Part shown: positions 10,411 through 21,587 of the stretch, piece after piece | Layout: each line of letters begins with the position of its first letter | How positions within the stretch are numbered: position 1 is the first letter of the stretch | Source of the DNA: Coraliomargarita sp. | GTDB taxonomy: Bacteria > Verrucomicrobiota > Verrucomicrobiia > Opitutales > Coraliomargaritaceae | Assembly: GCA_965216325.1 (NCBI GenBank) | Contig: OZ244160.1 | Location: forward strand, 1,152,001 to 1,216,000 | Length of the DNA: 64,000 bases | Direction: 5' to 3' | Made by a program: the position numbers and the translations under genes | Notes under the pieces: generated by a model | Seen by the model: only the letters and a program-made list of their open reading frames with translations | Told to the model about the DNA's origin: nothing | Databases searched by the model: none

Positions 10411-12318
10411 GTGGCCCTACTTAGCTACAGAAACCTTGCGATCGCCTTTAGTGGACCGCGTCTGCTGGACGATGCCGCACTCACGATTGAAAAGCGTGAC
10501 CGCATCTGCCTGATCGGACGCAATGGCGAAGGTAAATCCACCCTGCTCCGTATCCTGAGTGGCGAACAAGCACCAGTTAAGGGACAGATCGAGGCCATTC
10601 CAGACCTACGCGTTGCTAAGCTGGATCAAGAGGTGCCCGACCATCTGGAAGGCACCGTCTTTGACATTGTTGCCGCAGGCTTGGGGAAGTCCGCAGCGGT
10701 CGTTGCAGAGTATCACCGTATTGCGCATGACTATGCAGAGAAGCCCGAGGACACAACGCTGGCTGCGCAGTTGGATGAGCTACAGGCGCAAATTGATCGC
10801 GAAGATTCCTGGGCATTAGAGAACCGAGTCGAAACCATCATTGATCGCGTTGAACTCGATGCTGACAGGGCCTTTAGCGCACTATCCGGGGGGAACAAGC
10901 GTCGCGCCCTACTCGCACGTGCGCTCGTTACCGATCCGCACATCCTCTTGCTGGATGAGCCGACCAACCACTTGGACATCCCTGGAATCCAGTGGCTGGA
11001 GGAATTCCTACGTAAGACAGACATCGCCCTGCTCTTTGTTTCGCACGACCGCGCCTTCATACGCAGTGTCGCAAACCGGATTCTCGACCTCGATCGTGGC
11101 ACCTTGACCAAGTTCAACTGCGACTACGAAACCTACTTGAAGCGCAAGTCCGATTTACTCGATGCGCAGGCCAATCAAGAGGCCGTCTTTGATAAGAAAC
11201 TCGCCGAAGAAGAAGTTTGGATTCGCAAGGGAATCCAGGCCCGCCGCACCCGCAATGAGGGGCGCGTCCGTGCGCTCTTCAAAATGCGCGAAGAACGCGC
11301 GCAGCGTCGCAACATCATTGGCACGTCCAATCTGCAGCTTAACGAGGCGCAGATCTCCGGGCGCAAGGTGATCGACGTCGATTCAATCAATTACCGATGG
11401 GATGCAAAGCCGCTCATTGACGACTTTAGTACCACCATCTGGCGCGGCGACAAAATAGGCATTGTGGGGCTGAACGGCTCAGGCAAAACCACTCTCCTCA
11501 ATCTGCTCCTCAAGAAGCTCGAGCCGAATTCCGGGAGCATCAGTCACGGCACCAAGCTGGAAGTCGCCTACTTTGACCAGCACCGCGCACAGCTGGACGA
11601 GTCACTCTCCGTCATGGAGAACGTCAGCCCCTATAGTGATACCGTTAAGATCAACGGCCACAACCGTCACATTCTAACTTACCTGCAGGACTTCCTCTTC
11701 ACGCCGCACGCGGCCCGCTCGCCAATCACGAAGCTTTCCGGAGGTGAACGCGCTCGACTCCTGCTCGCACGCCTCTTCCTCCAGCCAGCGAACGTGCTCG
11801 TGCTCGACGAACCCACCAATGATCTCGACATTGAAACCGTTGAACTACTTGAAGAGCGCCTATTGGAATTTGACGGCACACTGCTCATCGTTTCGCACGA
11901 TCGCAGCTTCCTCAATAACGTCGTAACGAGCACCATCGCACTCGAGGGCAACGGGCAGGTCCGTGAATACGTGGGAGGCTGTGACGAATGGCTCGAACAG
12001 CACGAATCATCGAAGGCAAAACCTGCGGCGAAATCTGCTGCCAAAGTAGAGCCTGTTTCGGCCGCCCCATCGCAGAGTCAAACCAAGCCACGCAAGCTCA
12101 GTAATAAGGAACGCGAAGCACTCAAAACACTTCCCGGAAAAATCGAGCAACTGGAAAAAGCACACGCCGAACTCAGTGCGAAAATGGCAACGGCTGAGTA
12201 TTATCAGGACGCTGCAAATGATCCCGCAAAAGACGCACAAGCGCTGGAGCAACTCGAGGCTGAAACCCTCGAAGCCTACGAACGGTGGGAGGCAATTGAG
12301 GCGCTGGCTAACGGATAA
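10411..12318 (+). CDS. uup: ABC-F family ATPase Uup
   Basis: Two ABC domains ([16 protein letters not shown]), [23 protein letters not shown] linker, C-terminal coiled coil. Confidence 0.92.
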   Translation: MALLSYRNLAIAFSGPRLLDDAALTIEKRDRICLIGRNGEGKSTLLRILSGEQAPVKGQIEAIPDLRVAKLDQEVPDHLEGTVFDIVAAGLGKSAAVVAEYHRIAHDYAEKPEDTTLAAQLDELQAQIDREDSWALENRVETIIDRVELDADRAFSALSGGNKRRALLARALVTDPHILLLDEPTNHLDIPGIQWLEEFLRKTDIALLFVSHDRAFIRSVANRILDLDRGTLTKFNCDYETYLKRKSDLLDAQANQEAVFDKKLAEEEVWIRKGIQARRTRNEGRVRALFKMREERAQRRNIIGTSNLQLNEAQISGRKVIDVDSINYRWDAKPLIDDFSTTIWRGDKIGIVGLNGSGKTTLLNLLLKKLEPNSGSISHGTKLEVAYFDQHRAQLDESLSVMENVSPYSDTVKINGHNRHILTYLQDFLFTPHAARSPITKLSGGERARLLLARLFLQPANVLVLDEPTNDLDIETVELLEERLLEFDGTLLIVSHDRSFLNNVVTSTIALEGNGQVREYVGGCDEWLEQHESSKAKPAAKSAAKVEPVSAAPSQSQTKPRKLSNKEREALKTLPGKIEQLEKAHAELSAKMATAEYYQDAANDPAKDAQALEQLEAETLEAYERWEAIEALANG

Positions 12319-12463
12319 AACAAGCTAAAGATTGGTCGTTTTCGTTTGCTTAATTGGGCAGGACGGACTATAAGTTATGCATCCCGCGAAGGGAACGGCG
12401 CGTGCGCCCTTGAACTGGTCGGGAGTTGTATAACCAAGTGTCCACCCCAGCTCGATTACAGTC

Positions 12464-13168
12464 ATGACCACTCCAAACCTACTTCACGAATGCAAGTCGT
12501 ATATCGCACTGAACCTTGCACCTCGAGACGTTGATCCCAGCGCCTACACCCGACAAGCCCCTGCAATTACCATATCACGTCAGACCGGTGCACGCGGCAT
12601 CGCGATCTGTGAAAAATTACACTCCAAACTGCAGGAGCGCTCCAAGAAAGACTCCCTGCCATGGACCCTTTACGACAGTCAGTTGGGCAAGAAAATTCTG
12701 AAGGATCACAACTTGCCGGAGCGCTTATTGAAATTTATTCCCGATGACTCCGTCGGCGAACTGGAAGCCACCATCAACGAGCTCCTCGGACGTCACCCCT
12801 CACTCTGGACACTCTTTGAGGATACCGTGGAAACCATTCAACGCCTCGCGAACACCGGACACAGCATCATCGTGGGCCGTGGCGGCAACCGCATCACCAA
12901 GGATCTCAACAATGTACTCAACATTCGCCTGATTGGCTCGCGTGACGTACGCCTCAAGTATGTGATCGAATACATGGAAGTCTCCACCAAGCTCGCTGAG
13001 GACTTACTTAAACGTGAAGACAGCGCGCGCCGAAATTTCGTCAAGCAGCACTTCCACTGCGATATCGATGATCCATACCTCTACGATCTCGTGATCAACA
13101 CAGATCAGCTGAGCAATCAAGGGGTGACCGACATCATCATCAACGCCCTGGACAGCCTGAAGCCTTAG
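12464..13168 (+). CDS. Cytidylate kinase-like family protein
   Basis: ITISRQTGARG, IIVGRGG, DPYLYDLVINT. Confidence 0.8.
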   Translation: MTTPNLLHECKSYIALNLAPRDVDPSAYTRQAPAITISRQTGARGIAICEKLHSKLQERSKKDSLPWTLYDSQLGKKILKDHNLPERLLKFIPDDSVGELEATINELLGRHPSLWTLFEDTVETIQRLANTGHSIIVGRGGNRITKDLNNVLNIRLIGSRDVRLKYVIEYMEVSTKLAEDLLKREDSARRNFVKQHFHCDIDDPYLYDLVINTDQLSNQGVTDIIINALDSLKP

Positions 13169-13273
13169 TTTCAGAGTTTGAATGTCCAAAAGTTGGAGAG
13201 CGCGAAAGTCACCAGGCAACTTTCACGCACAACTTCACCTTTAACCTTCCCACCTGTACACCTTCCCACTTTC
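13169..13273. repeat. Degenerate 8-nt-period inverted repeat array
   Basis: agtttgaa tgtccaaa agttggag agcgcgaa ... ctttaacc ttcccacc tgtacacc ttcccact. Confidence 0.45.
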
Positions 13274-13288
13274 ATGGATTTTGAATCC

Positions 13289-14542
13289 ATGAAGAACATT
13301 GCCATCATCGGTGGGGGCGCCGCCGGATATTTTACAGCACTGACCATTGCTGAAGCGGATCCATCTGCACGTATTACGATTTATGAGCGTAGCCAAAAGA
13401 CGCTGAGTAAGGTAAAAATATCCGGTGGAGGACGCTGCAATGTTACCCACAGCTGTTTCGAACCGGCCAAGCTTGCGACGCACTATCCCCGTGGCGCACG
13501 TGAGCTCCGTGCCGCCTTCCACCGCTGGCAGCCTAAAGATACCATCGCATGGTTTGCTGAGCGCGGAGTCACCATAAAGCGCGAAGGCGATGGACGCATG
13601 TTCCCCGACACGGATGACTCCCAAACGATCATCGACTGCTTTCAAGACTGCGCTCGTCGCGCCGGCATTCAACTTCGCAAGGGAGTCGGCCTCAAAGATC
13701 TCAAGCCACAGGCTTCAGGCTTCAGCCTTCATCTCACCGACGATACGATCGTATCGGCCGATAAAGTGTGCATCGCAGTTGGTTCCCTAAAAGCATCACC
13801 ACTGACACGTTCGATTGAGTCGCTTGGCCACACAATTGAGCCTCTGGTGCCATCGCTCTTCGCGTTCAACCTGTCCGACAAGCGACTTTCTGGCCTGTCC
13901 GGCCTCTCGGTTCAAAAGGCCACTGTTACCGTCGCAGGGGCTTCGCTTGCGGAGCCCGCTTCGTTTAAGAAATCCAAGCCCCAGTCCGGCCCGCTACTCA
14001 TAACACATCGCGGCTTAAGTGGGCCAGCTATCCTGAGGACATCCGCATGGGAAGCGCGGCAGTTGAATGAGCTTAATTATCATTTCGACATTTCGATCAA
14101 CTGGCTGAATGACGTATCCGAGAATCAACTACGCGATCAGTTCGCGCAGCTGCGAAAGAGTGCTGCCAGGAAATCTGTAAAGAACACCCCACTCGATGCA
14201 CTCCCACGTCGCCTATGGGAGCGACTCGTGAGTATCTCCGGCACCAGCGACGAAACAATTTGGACACAGCTGCCCAAAAAAGCTGAGAACAAGTTGATCC
14301 AAGAATGTGTCGCCGGACGCTACAGTGTCGAAGGCAAGACCACGAATAAAGACGAGTTCGTAACCGCAGGTGGCGTAAGGCTCAAGGAGCTCGACTTTCG
14401 CACAATGGAAAGTAAGATAGTTCCTAGACTCCATTTTGCAGGTGAATGCATCGATATCGACGGTATTACCGGGGGCTTCAACTTCCAAGCTGCTTGGACC
14501 ACGGGGCGCATTGCTGGTCTTGCAATGTGCAAGTCAGCCTAA
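13289..14542 (+). CDS. HI0933/YhiN-family NAD(P)/FAD-dependent oxidoreductase
   Basis: IIGGGAAG, KVKISGGGRCNVT, LLITHRGLSGPA, EFVTAGGV, DIDGITGGFNFQAAW. Confidence 0.92.
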   Translation: MKNIAIIGGGAAGYFTALTIAEADPSARITIYERSQKTLSKVKISGGGRCNVTHSCFEPAKLATHYPRGARELRAAFHRWQPKDTIAWFAERGVTIKREGDGRMFPDTDDSQTIIDCFQDCARRAGIQLRKGVGLKDLKPQASGFSLHLTDDTIVSADKVCIAVGSLKASPLTRSIESLGHTIEPLVPSLFAFNLSDKRLSGLSGLSVQKATVTVAGASLAEPASFKKSKPQSGPLLITHRGLSGPAILRTSAWEARQLNELNYHFDISINWLNDVSENQLRDQFAQLRKSAARKSVKNTPLDALPRRLWERLVSISGTSDETIWTQLPKKAENKLIQECVAGRYSVEGKTTNKDEFVTAGGVRLKELDFRTMESKIVPRLHFAGECIDIDGITGGFNFQAAWTTGRIAGLAMCKSA

Positions 14543-14639
14543 GGCACTCAATTTGCAGACTACTAGTGTTCTGTGCCGTTTGATATTTTGTCAGTCGTCA
14601 TCAAACTGATGAATAGCCATCCTTCAATCGACCCCATTG

Positions 14640-16157
14640 ATGCCTCAAGATAACTACATACTCGCATTGGATCAGGGCACGACCAGCTGCCGATCGATCG
14701 TATTCGACCAACATGGTAATGATGTTGCCAGCGCCCAGAAAGACTTCCCTCAAATATATCCCAAGCCCGGCTGGGTGGAACACGACCCTATGGTCATTTG
14801 GTCGAGCCAGAGTTCCACCGCCACCGAAGCGATCGCTAAAGCAAACCTGACTCGAACTTCGATTGCCGCTGTCGGCCTGACCAATCAACGTGAAACAACG
14901 ATCGTGTGGGATCGGAAAAGCGGACTGCCCATTTACAATGCAATTGTTTGGCAGGACCGTCGCACCGCTGACTACTGCCGACAACTCAAAGCCGATGGTC
15001 TCGAACAGGTCGTGAATCAAAAGACCGGACTGCGGCTAGACCCCTACTTTTCAGCCACGAAACTCCGTTGGATTTTAAAGAACGTCCCAGGCGCAGAGAA
15101 GAAGGCGAAGGCCGGGCAGTTGTGCTTTGGCACGGTCGATAGTTGGTTGATCTGGCAGCTCACTGGTCACGAAGTGCATGCCACTGATGTGAGCAATGCA
15201 AGCCGCACACTGCTCTACAATATCGTAGAGGATCGTTGGGACAATGAGCTACTCGAACTCTTCGAAATCCCTCGAAGCATGCTGCCGGAGATACGCTCGA
15301 ATTCTGAAGTCTACGGAAACGTGGCGGATAATTTATATCCTGGGGGTGCACCGATTGCAGGTGTGGCCGGCGACCAACATGCGGCCTTGTTTGGGCAAGC
15401 CTGCTTTGAGCCTGGTATGGCCAAGAATACCTATGGCACCGGATGCTTTCTCCTGATGAACATGGGCGACAAAGTCGTTCGTTCCCGCAATAATCTCTTG
15501 AGCACGGTCGCATGGCGTATTGGCGGCAAAACTCACTATGCACTGGAAGGCTCTGTCTTTGTCGGCGGAGCGGTCGTGCAATGGATTCGGGATGAACTTG
15601 AACTCGTGCGCAGTGCCGAAGAGTTGAGTGCACTAGCCGCGAGTGTTCCGGATGCAAACGGTTTGTTCCTCGTTCCTGCGTTTGCGGGGCTAGGCGCCCC
15701 GCATTGGGACCCCTACGCCCGTGGCACTGCCGTTGGCATCACCCGTGGCACCAATCGGGCCCACTTCTGCCGAGCAGCGATTGAATCAATTGCATTTCAA
15801 TCGGCAGAGCTGATCGAAGCGATGGAAAAAGACAGCGGTCTAGCACTGACCGAGCTACATGTCGATGGAGGCGCAAGCAACAGCGACCCGCTCCTGCAAT
15901 TTCAAGCGGATCTGTTGCAATCGAAAGTTAATCGGCCGCAGTGTGTCGAGACGACTGCGCTTGGCGCAGCCTACCTAGCCGGACTTGCGGTGGGTTTTTG
16001 GGACGATCTCGAAGCGATTAAACAGATCCGCGAAACGCAACAGGTCTTTGAGCCAGAGCGCAGTAGTGTAGACATGGATCGCTTGCGCGAATCTTGGAGC
16101 AAAGCAGTCGAACGATCGAAAGCGTGGGAGGAGCCACAGAGCAAAGCGGAATTATGA
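14640..16157 (+). CDS. glpK: Glycerol kinase
   Basis: [45 protein letters not shown]. Confidence 0.97.
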   Translation: MPQDNYILALDQGTTSCRSIVFDQHGNDVASAQKDFPQIYPKPGWVEHDPMVIWSSQSSTATEAIAKANLTRTSIAAVGLTNQRETTIVWDRKSGLPIYNAIVWQDRRTADYCRQLKADGLEQVVNQKTGLRLDPYFSATKLRWILKNVPGAEKKAKAGQLCFGTVDSWLIWQLTGHEVHATDVSNASRTLLYNIVEDRWDNELLELFEIPRSMLPEIRSNSEVYGNVADNLYPGGAPIAGVAGDQHAALFGQACFEPGMAKNTYGTGCFLLMNMGDKVVRSRNNLLSTVAWRIGGKTHYALEGSVFVGGAVVQWIRDELELVRSAEELSALAASVPDANGLFLVPAFAGLGAPHWDPYARGTAVGITRGTNRAHFCRAAIESIAFQSAELIEAMEKDSGLALTELHVDGGASNSDPLLQFQADLLQSKVNRPQCVETTALGAAYLAGLAVGFWDDLEAIKQIRETQQVFEPERSSVDMDRLRESWSKAVERSKAWEEPQSKAEL

Positions 16158-17734
16158 AACGCTCTAAATCGCTTGATCGAACCAAGTCTACAAAACAGCC
16201 ATTTGATATCGTAGTCATTGGCGGTGGAGCGTCGGGACTTGGCGCAGCACTTGATGCTGCTGCACGTGGTCACCGCGTGGCCCTCTTTGAGCAATCCGAC
16301 TTTGCTAAAGGCACCTCCAGTCGCTCCACAAAGTTGGTGCATGGAGGTGTGCGCTATCTGCAGCAAGGCAATGTCTCACTGGTGCTCGAAGCACTACGTG
16401 AACGTGGTCGTCTAGCGCGCAATGCCCCGCACTTGGTTCGATCGCAGGCCTTTGTCATCCCCAACTATTCATGGTGGGAAGGTCCGTTCTACGGCATCGG
16501 CATGAAAGTTTATGACCAACTCGCAGGCAAGCTGGGCTTGGCGCCATCGCGCCACCTAAACAAAGCGCAGACGATCCAGCAGATCCCCACCGTTGAGCAG
16601 GAAAACCTCGTTGGCGGGGTCATCTATCATGATGGCCAGTTCGACGATTCGCGACTGGCCATCAATCTCGCGCAGACCGCTGACGAGTTGGGCGCTGCGA
16701 TGCTCAACTACTGCCGTTGTGTCGGGCTCGAGAAAAACAATGGCATGGTGTCTGGTGTGCGCATTCACGATATCGAGAGCGACGGCGAGTTTACCGTAAA
16801 CGCAGAGTGTGTGATCAATGCAACGGGTGTCTTTGTGGATGAACTCCGATCTATGGATGAATCCGAATCAAAGCCAATCGTCACTGTGAGTCAGGGGATT
16901 CACCTTGTGCTGCCGAAGAAGTTTCTGCCCGGCGATTCGGCAATTATGGTGCCCAAGACAGAGGACGGTCGTGTGCTCTTTGCGGTGCCCTGGCATGACT
17001 GCGTCGTCGTCGGCACAACGGACACCCAACTCGATTCACACAGCCTTGAGCCGCGAGCCTTACAGGAAGAACGCGACTTCGTGATGACGCATGCGCGCAA
17101 GTATCTAACGAAGGACCCAAGCGACGACGATGTGCTGAGTGTTTTCGCGGGCCTCCGCCCTCTGGTTAAAGCCGGTGATGGGGCCGATACCGCCGCGCTC
17201 TCGAGGGATCACAGTATACTAATCAGCAACAGTGGCTTAATCACACTGACTGGTGGTAAATGGACCACGTATCGCAAGATGGCTGAAGATGTGATCGACC
17301 AAGCGGAGACGGTTGGTGACCTGTTGCATAAGCGCTGCTCAACTGAAGAGATGCAGATTCACGGTTGGACAGAAGCCGAGCCGCCAAGCACGAATCTGGC
17401 ACCTTATGGTGCCAACGCAACACAGATCCAAGAACTAATCAAAGAGTCACTCGACCTAGCCGCGCTCGTTCATCCACAGCTACCCTATCAACAGGCTGAA
17501 GTCGTCTGGCATGTACGCGAAGAGATGGCACGCACGGTAGAAGACGTGCTTGCGCGGCGCACACGTGCCCTGCTTCTCAATGCGCAAGGTTCAATCGAGG
17601 CTGCACCTGCAGTGGCTACAATACTAGCCCGTGAGCTGGGCCGCGATGATGCATGGCAAGCCGAACAAGTCGCCGAGTATACAAAGTTGGCCGAAGGCTA
17701 CGTCTACAACAACCCCGCCAGCACCGCTGCTTAA
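16154..17734 (+). CDS. glpD: FAD-dependent glycerol-3-phosphate dehydrogenase
   Basis: [36 protein letters not shown] overlap with glpK. Confidence 0.95.
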   Translation: MKRSKSLDRTKSTKQPFDIVVIGGGASGLGAALDAAARGHRVALFEQSDFAKGTSSRSTKLVHGGVRYLQQGNVSLVLEALRERGRLARNAPHLVRSQAFVIPNYSWWEGPFYGIGMKVYDQLAGKLGLAPSRHLNKAQTIQQIPTVEQENLVGGVIYHDGQFDDSRLAINLAQTADELGAAMLNYCRCVGLEKNNGMVSGVRIHDIESDGEFTVNAECVINATGVFVDELRSMDESESKPIVTVSQGIHLVLPKKFLPGDSAIMVPKTEDGRVLFAVPWHDCVVVGTTDTQLDSHSLEPRALQEERDFVMTHARKYLTKDPSDDDVLSVFAGLRPLVKAGDGADTAALSRDHSILISNSGLITLTGGKWTTYRKMAEDVIDQAETVGDLLHKRCSTEEMQIHGWTEAEPPSTNLAPYGANATQIQELIKESLDLAALVHPQLPYQQAEVVWHVREEMARTVEDVLARRTRALLLNAQGSIEAAPAVATILARELGRDDAWQAEQVAEYTKLAEGYVYNNPASTAA

Positions 17735-19128
17735 CGCGCAGTTCGGGTGCGGTTCCGGCGCTGTGGACGTTTGCGGGCACTGGATGCTTGGTTGGAATTC
17801 TGCGATTTGGCATTCCCAGCTGGCTTGTTGCCACTGGGCTTGCCGCCACCAGAGCGACGACCGCGCCCTTGTGGTCGTGAGCCTCCGCCGCGACGCTGGC
17901 CGCCACCACGATTTCCGCCACCCTGCGCAGGCTTCTTCACTGGTAGCTTGCTGAGGTGTAACTCGTGAGCAGCGCTGTCATGGAAGTCATGGTCCGTATC
18001 GACCGGTATCGACTTCTTGATCAAACGCTCGACTAGACGCAGCAAGGCAACTTCCTCTTCCGAGCAAAAACTGACTGCAAGTCCACTGGCGCCTGCACGC
18101 GCGGTGCGGCCAATACGGTGCACGTAGGCGTCCGGCTCCATCGGCAGGTCAAAATTCACCACCAGTGTGATGTTTTTCACGTCGATACCACGTGCCGCTA
18201 CATCGGTGGCAACCAAGACATCGAGTTCGCCTTTGCGGTATCGCTCTAGTGTTTTCTCACGAGCTGACTGTGACTTGTTGCCGTGGATAGAGTCTGCGCG
18301 AATGCCTTCTTGATTGAGCTTCTTTGCTAAATTTTTGGCACCGTGCTTCGTGCGTGTGAAGATCAAGCTGAGCTCGCGCGTGCCCTCATCCTTACGGTGG
18401 TGCATCATTTCGAGCACTAGCTTTTGCTTGGCCTTTTTGCCTAGGAAACAGACTTTCTGATCCACCTTATCGGCAGTGGTTCCCTGTGGTGCGATACGGA
18501 TCTCGTCAGGATTATGCAGAAGGTCTTTAGCCAGCTTGGTGATCTCAGGTGCCATGGTTGCTGAGAAGAGCAAGGTCTGGCGGCGTTTCGGGAGCTTGGC
18601 CGTGATTTTACGGATGTCGCGAATGAAGCCCATGTCCAGCATGCGGTCGGCTTCATCGAGAATGAAGGTTTCGACCTGGGACAGATCCACATGTCCTTGC
18701 TCCATGAGGTCAATCAAGCGCCCAGGGCAGGCAACCAGCACATCCCAGCCGACATGCAGCTCTTTGATCTGTGGCTTCTCAGATACGCCACCATAGATCA
18801 TGCCGCAACGAAACTGAACATCACGCCCATAGAGTTTGAAGTTCTCGGCGACTTGCACAGCGAGCTCACGAGTTGGAGTTAGAATCAGATGTCGCACGCC
18901 ACGACGGAAGGTCTTGCGCGGCTTCTCGTTGATGCGATTCAGCAATGGCAAGGCGAAGGCAGCGGTTTTACCTGTGCCAGTTTGGGCGCAGGCAAGCAAA
19001 TCGCCGCCCTGAAGCAGGACCGGAATTGCCTTCGCCTGAATCGGAGACGGTTGTGTATAGCCCTTATCTGCGAGGGCACGTTGGATCGGAGCGGACAGCG
19101 GTAGCTGCTCGAAAGTAATTTCGCTCAT
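17731..19128 (-). CDS. rhlE: DEAD-box RNA helicase (RhlE-like) with basic Gly/Arg tail
   Basis: AQTGTGKT, PTRELA, DEAD, SAT, HRIGRTAR. Confidence 0.9.
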   Translation of the reverse strand: MSEITFEQLPLSAPIQRALADKGYTQPSPIQAKAIPVLLQGGDLLACAQTGTGKTAAFALPLLNRINEKPRKTFRRGVRHLILTPTRELAVQVAENFKLYGRDVQFRCGMIYGGVSEKPQIKELHVGWDVLVACPGRLIDLMEQGHVDLSQVETFILDEADRMLDMGFIRDIRKITAKLPKRRQTLLFSATMAPEITKLAKDLLHNPDEIRIAPQGTTADKVDQKVCFLGKKAKQKLVLEMMHHRKDEGTRELSLIFTRTKHGAKNLAKKLNQEGIRADSIHGNKSQSAREKTLERYRKGELDVLVATDVAARGIDVKNITLVVNFDLPMEPDAYVHRIGRTARAGASGLAVSFCSEEEVALLRLVERLIKKSIPVDTDHDFHDSAAHELHLSKLPVKKPAQGGGNRGGGQRRGGGSRPQGRGRRSGGGKPSGNKPAGNAKSQNSNQASSARKRPQRRNRTRTAR

Positions 19129-19380
19129 AGTCTGTATGGCACCATCTGAGTGTCGCGTAACGGGTGCCGCGTTATCGATGATCGTCTAATAATGACTCCT
19201 AAAACAATCGCTCATCGATAACAGACCGCATCAGGTGAGTTGCACTCAGCAACTCGTGAAGCAGCCCTAAACGCCAGTTAAGCGGTCTTGATGCAAGCAT
19301 AATCGGCAGGCGAAAAGTCCGGCAAAATTGAAATAGAACTGAGATTTGCCCCTCTAATCTAAGTAAACCGCGTATCTATT

Positions 19381-19581
19381 ATGGAAGAACAAGCACCCAC
19401 AACCAAACTACCTGCTCACAACGCGACCTGCGATGTCGACGGCTCCTGCACCTCTTTTAGCAGCTGTTCCACTGGGCTTTGCCACGGAACCATTCTGGTC
19501 GCAGCCATCGCCCTAGTCTGGATGGTTGTCGCGATTGGAGCTAAACTGTTTGGCAAGAAAACACCTACTAATGATGGCTAG
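19381..19581 (+). CDS. Small Cys-rich membrane protein, hypothetical
   Basis: 66 aa ATG-start ORF filling the intergenic gap; four Cys followed by one hydrophobic helix and a basic tail. Confidence 0.55.
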   Translation: MEEQAPTTKLPAHNATCDVDGSCTSFSSCSTGLCHGTILVAAIALVWMVVAIGAKLFGKKTPTNDG

Positions 19582-19646
19582 CGCACGATTCGGGCCGCTA
19601 AATTAGGTGGACTTCCCCATTCAGTTCGACTGAATGGCTGCCGTTT

Positions 19647-20135
19647 ATGAAAATCGCAATTTATCCGGGTTCCTTCGATCCGATTACCAACGGGCACCTC
19701 GATGTCATCAATCGTGCACGCCGTATCTTTGATAAGGTGGTCATCGCAGTTGCGCGTAATGCTTCTAAGAATGCGCTCTTCTCCCCGGAGGAACGCGTAC
19801 AAATGATTAAGGAGAACCTCGTCAACCGCCCAAACCTGAGCGTCGTTGCCTTTGACGGTCTGATCGTCGATCTCGCGATTGAAATGGAGGCAGTCGCGCT
19901 GATTCGTGGCATGCGTGCGGTATCCGACTTTGAACACGAGTTCCAAATGGCCCAAATGAACCGTCACTTGGACGAGCGTGTAGAAACGATTTTCTTGATG
20001 CCGAATGAGAAGTATTTCTTCACCAGTTCGACTTTGGTGAAACAAGTACACACCTTCACGGATCGTAAAACGGATCTGGTGCCCGAAAACGTATACGAGG
20101 CACTCTGTAAAAAATTCCCGCAAGACAAGAGCTAG
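19647..20135 (+). CDS. coaD: Phosphopantetheine adenylyltransferase
   Basis: [32 protein letters not shown]. Confidence 0.97.
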   Translation: MKIAIYPGSFDPITNGHLDVINRARRIFDKVVIAVARNASKNALFSPEERVQMIKENLVNRPNLSVVAFDGLIVDLAIEMEAVALIRGMRAVSDFEHEFQMAQMNRHLDERVETIFLMPNEKYFFTSSTLVKQVHTFTDRKTDLVPENVYEALCKKFPQDKS

Positions 20136-20141
20136 CCAACC

Positions 20142-21500
20142 ATGCCCCCATCCGCTCCTGAGCCTACCAACACTGATCAGGGACGCCGAACATTGGGAAT
20201 CGTGTTCCTGACACTATTCCTCGATCTCGTCGGGTTCTCCATCATTTTCCCTCTTTTTCCAGCGATGCTGGACTACTATCTGCCCTTCGGTGCAGGTAGT
20301 GACACACTGCTAGGTCAACTCGTCGGCCCATTGCATGACTGGGCCGTGCGCTCCGGTGCCTCGAATCCGGACCTGATGACGGCTGTTTTGTTTGGCGGCA
20401 TTCTCGGTTCGCTCTACTCACTGCTGCAGTTTGTCTGCGCACCGCTTTGGGGTGCTTACTCGGATCGAGTTGGCCGACGTAAGGTACTATTAATCACTAT
20501 CGCTGGCTTGGCACTTAGCTACGTGGCTTGGTTCTTTGCGGCATCCTTCTGGGTGCTGGTGCTGGCACGTGTATTGGGCGGTATCATGGGCGGTAATTTA
20601 TCAGTCGCGACGGCTGCCGTAGCCGATGTCACATCGCGTGAAAAGCGATCCGGCGGCATGGCCATCGTGGGCATTGCCTTTGGACTCGGATTTCTCGTTG
20701 GCCCTGCAATCGGTGGTCTCTGCTCACTGGTCGACCTCACTGAACGGTTCCCCGGTCTGGCACGGATCGGTGTCAATCCGTTCTCATTGCCGGCACTGGT
20801 CAGTCTGCTGCTCGCAGTGTTGAACTTAGTTTGGGTGGCGCGTCGATTCGATGAAACGCTCCCTGAGAAGAAGCGTGGCCAATCCGCAGAGCGCACAGAG
20901 CGCTTGCCGATTTTCCATCTCTTCCAGCACGGGGATACGGCTGTGAAGCGCACCAACCTCACCTACTTGATCTACATGCTCGCCTTTAGCGGCATGGAAT
21001 TCACGCTGACCTTCTTGGCTGTCGAGCGCCTGGGCTTCAGCTCCGCGCAAAACGGTGGCATGTTTGTCTTTATTGGTTTCGTGCTGATTTTGGTGCAGGG
21101 TGGATTTGTGCGTCGCATGGCACCCAAGCTCGGCGAAAAAAAGCTGGCGGTCGCCGGTATGCTTTGTGGCGTGATCGCCTTCCTCATTCTATCCATTGCA
21201 CTCAAGCTCGGCATTTTCTTTACCGCACTTGGCGTGATGGCGCTATCGATTGGATTGGTTTCACCAACCATGAGTGCACTCGTCTCGCTTTACTCAACAG
21301 AATCCGAGCAAGGCGAAGCACTCGGCGTCTTCCGTTCCGCAGGTTCGCTGGCGCGCGCGATCGGCCCCTTGATGGCAGCCTTCGTCTACTTCTCGTATGG
21401 GTCACAAAGCGCCTACATCTTTGGCGCGGCAATCGTGGTATTGCCCTTCCTTCTTTCACTTTCACTTCCGAAAGTAAACGAAGGGAACGTCGAGCATTGA
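20142..21500 (+). CDS. MFS transporter, TetA/DHA1-like
   Basis: [26 protein letters not shown] (motif A), [10 protein letters not shown]; about 12 TM helices. Confidence 0.88.
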   Translation: MPPSAPEPTNTDQGRRTLGIVFLTLFLDLVGFSIIFPLFPAMLDYYLPFGAGSDTLLGQLVGPLHDWAVRSGASNPDLMTAVLFGGILGSLYSLLQFVCAPLWGAYSDRVGRRKVLLITIAGLALSYVAWFFAASFWVLVLARVLGGIMGGNLSVATAAVADVTSREKRSGGMAIVGIAFGLGFLVGPAIGGLCSLVDLTERFPGLARIGVNPFSLPALVSLLLAVLNLVWVARRFDETLPEKKRGQSAERTERLPIFHLFQHGDTAVKRTNLTYLIYMLAFSGMEFTLTFLAVERLGFSSAQNGGMFVFIGFVLILVQGGFVRRMAPKLGEKKLAVAGMLCGVIAFLILSIALKLGIFFTALGVMALSIGLVSPTMSALVSLYSTESEQGEALGVFRSAGSLARAIGPLMAAFVYFSYGSQSAYIFGAAIVVLPFLLSLSLPKVNEGNVEH

Positions 21501-21587
21501 ACTTCCAACATCCAATAGTGAACCTTCACTAGACGCCCGAGTTAAGCGGCCGATGTTCGACCTTGAATGTTAAGCGTTCGATGTTCG
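21485..21587. repeat. Degenerate heptamer inverted repeat array spanning the ends of two convergent genes
   Basis: gaacgtc gagcatt gaacttc caacatc caatagt gaacctt on +; gaacatc gaacgct taacatt caaggtc gaacatc on -. Confidence 0.65.

Noticed and set aside
14640..17734. glpKD without glpF or glpR
   Set aside because: Common arrangement; glycerol can diffuse and regulators may lie elsewhere
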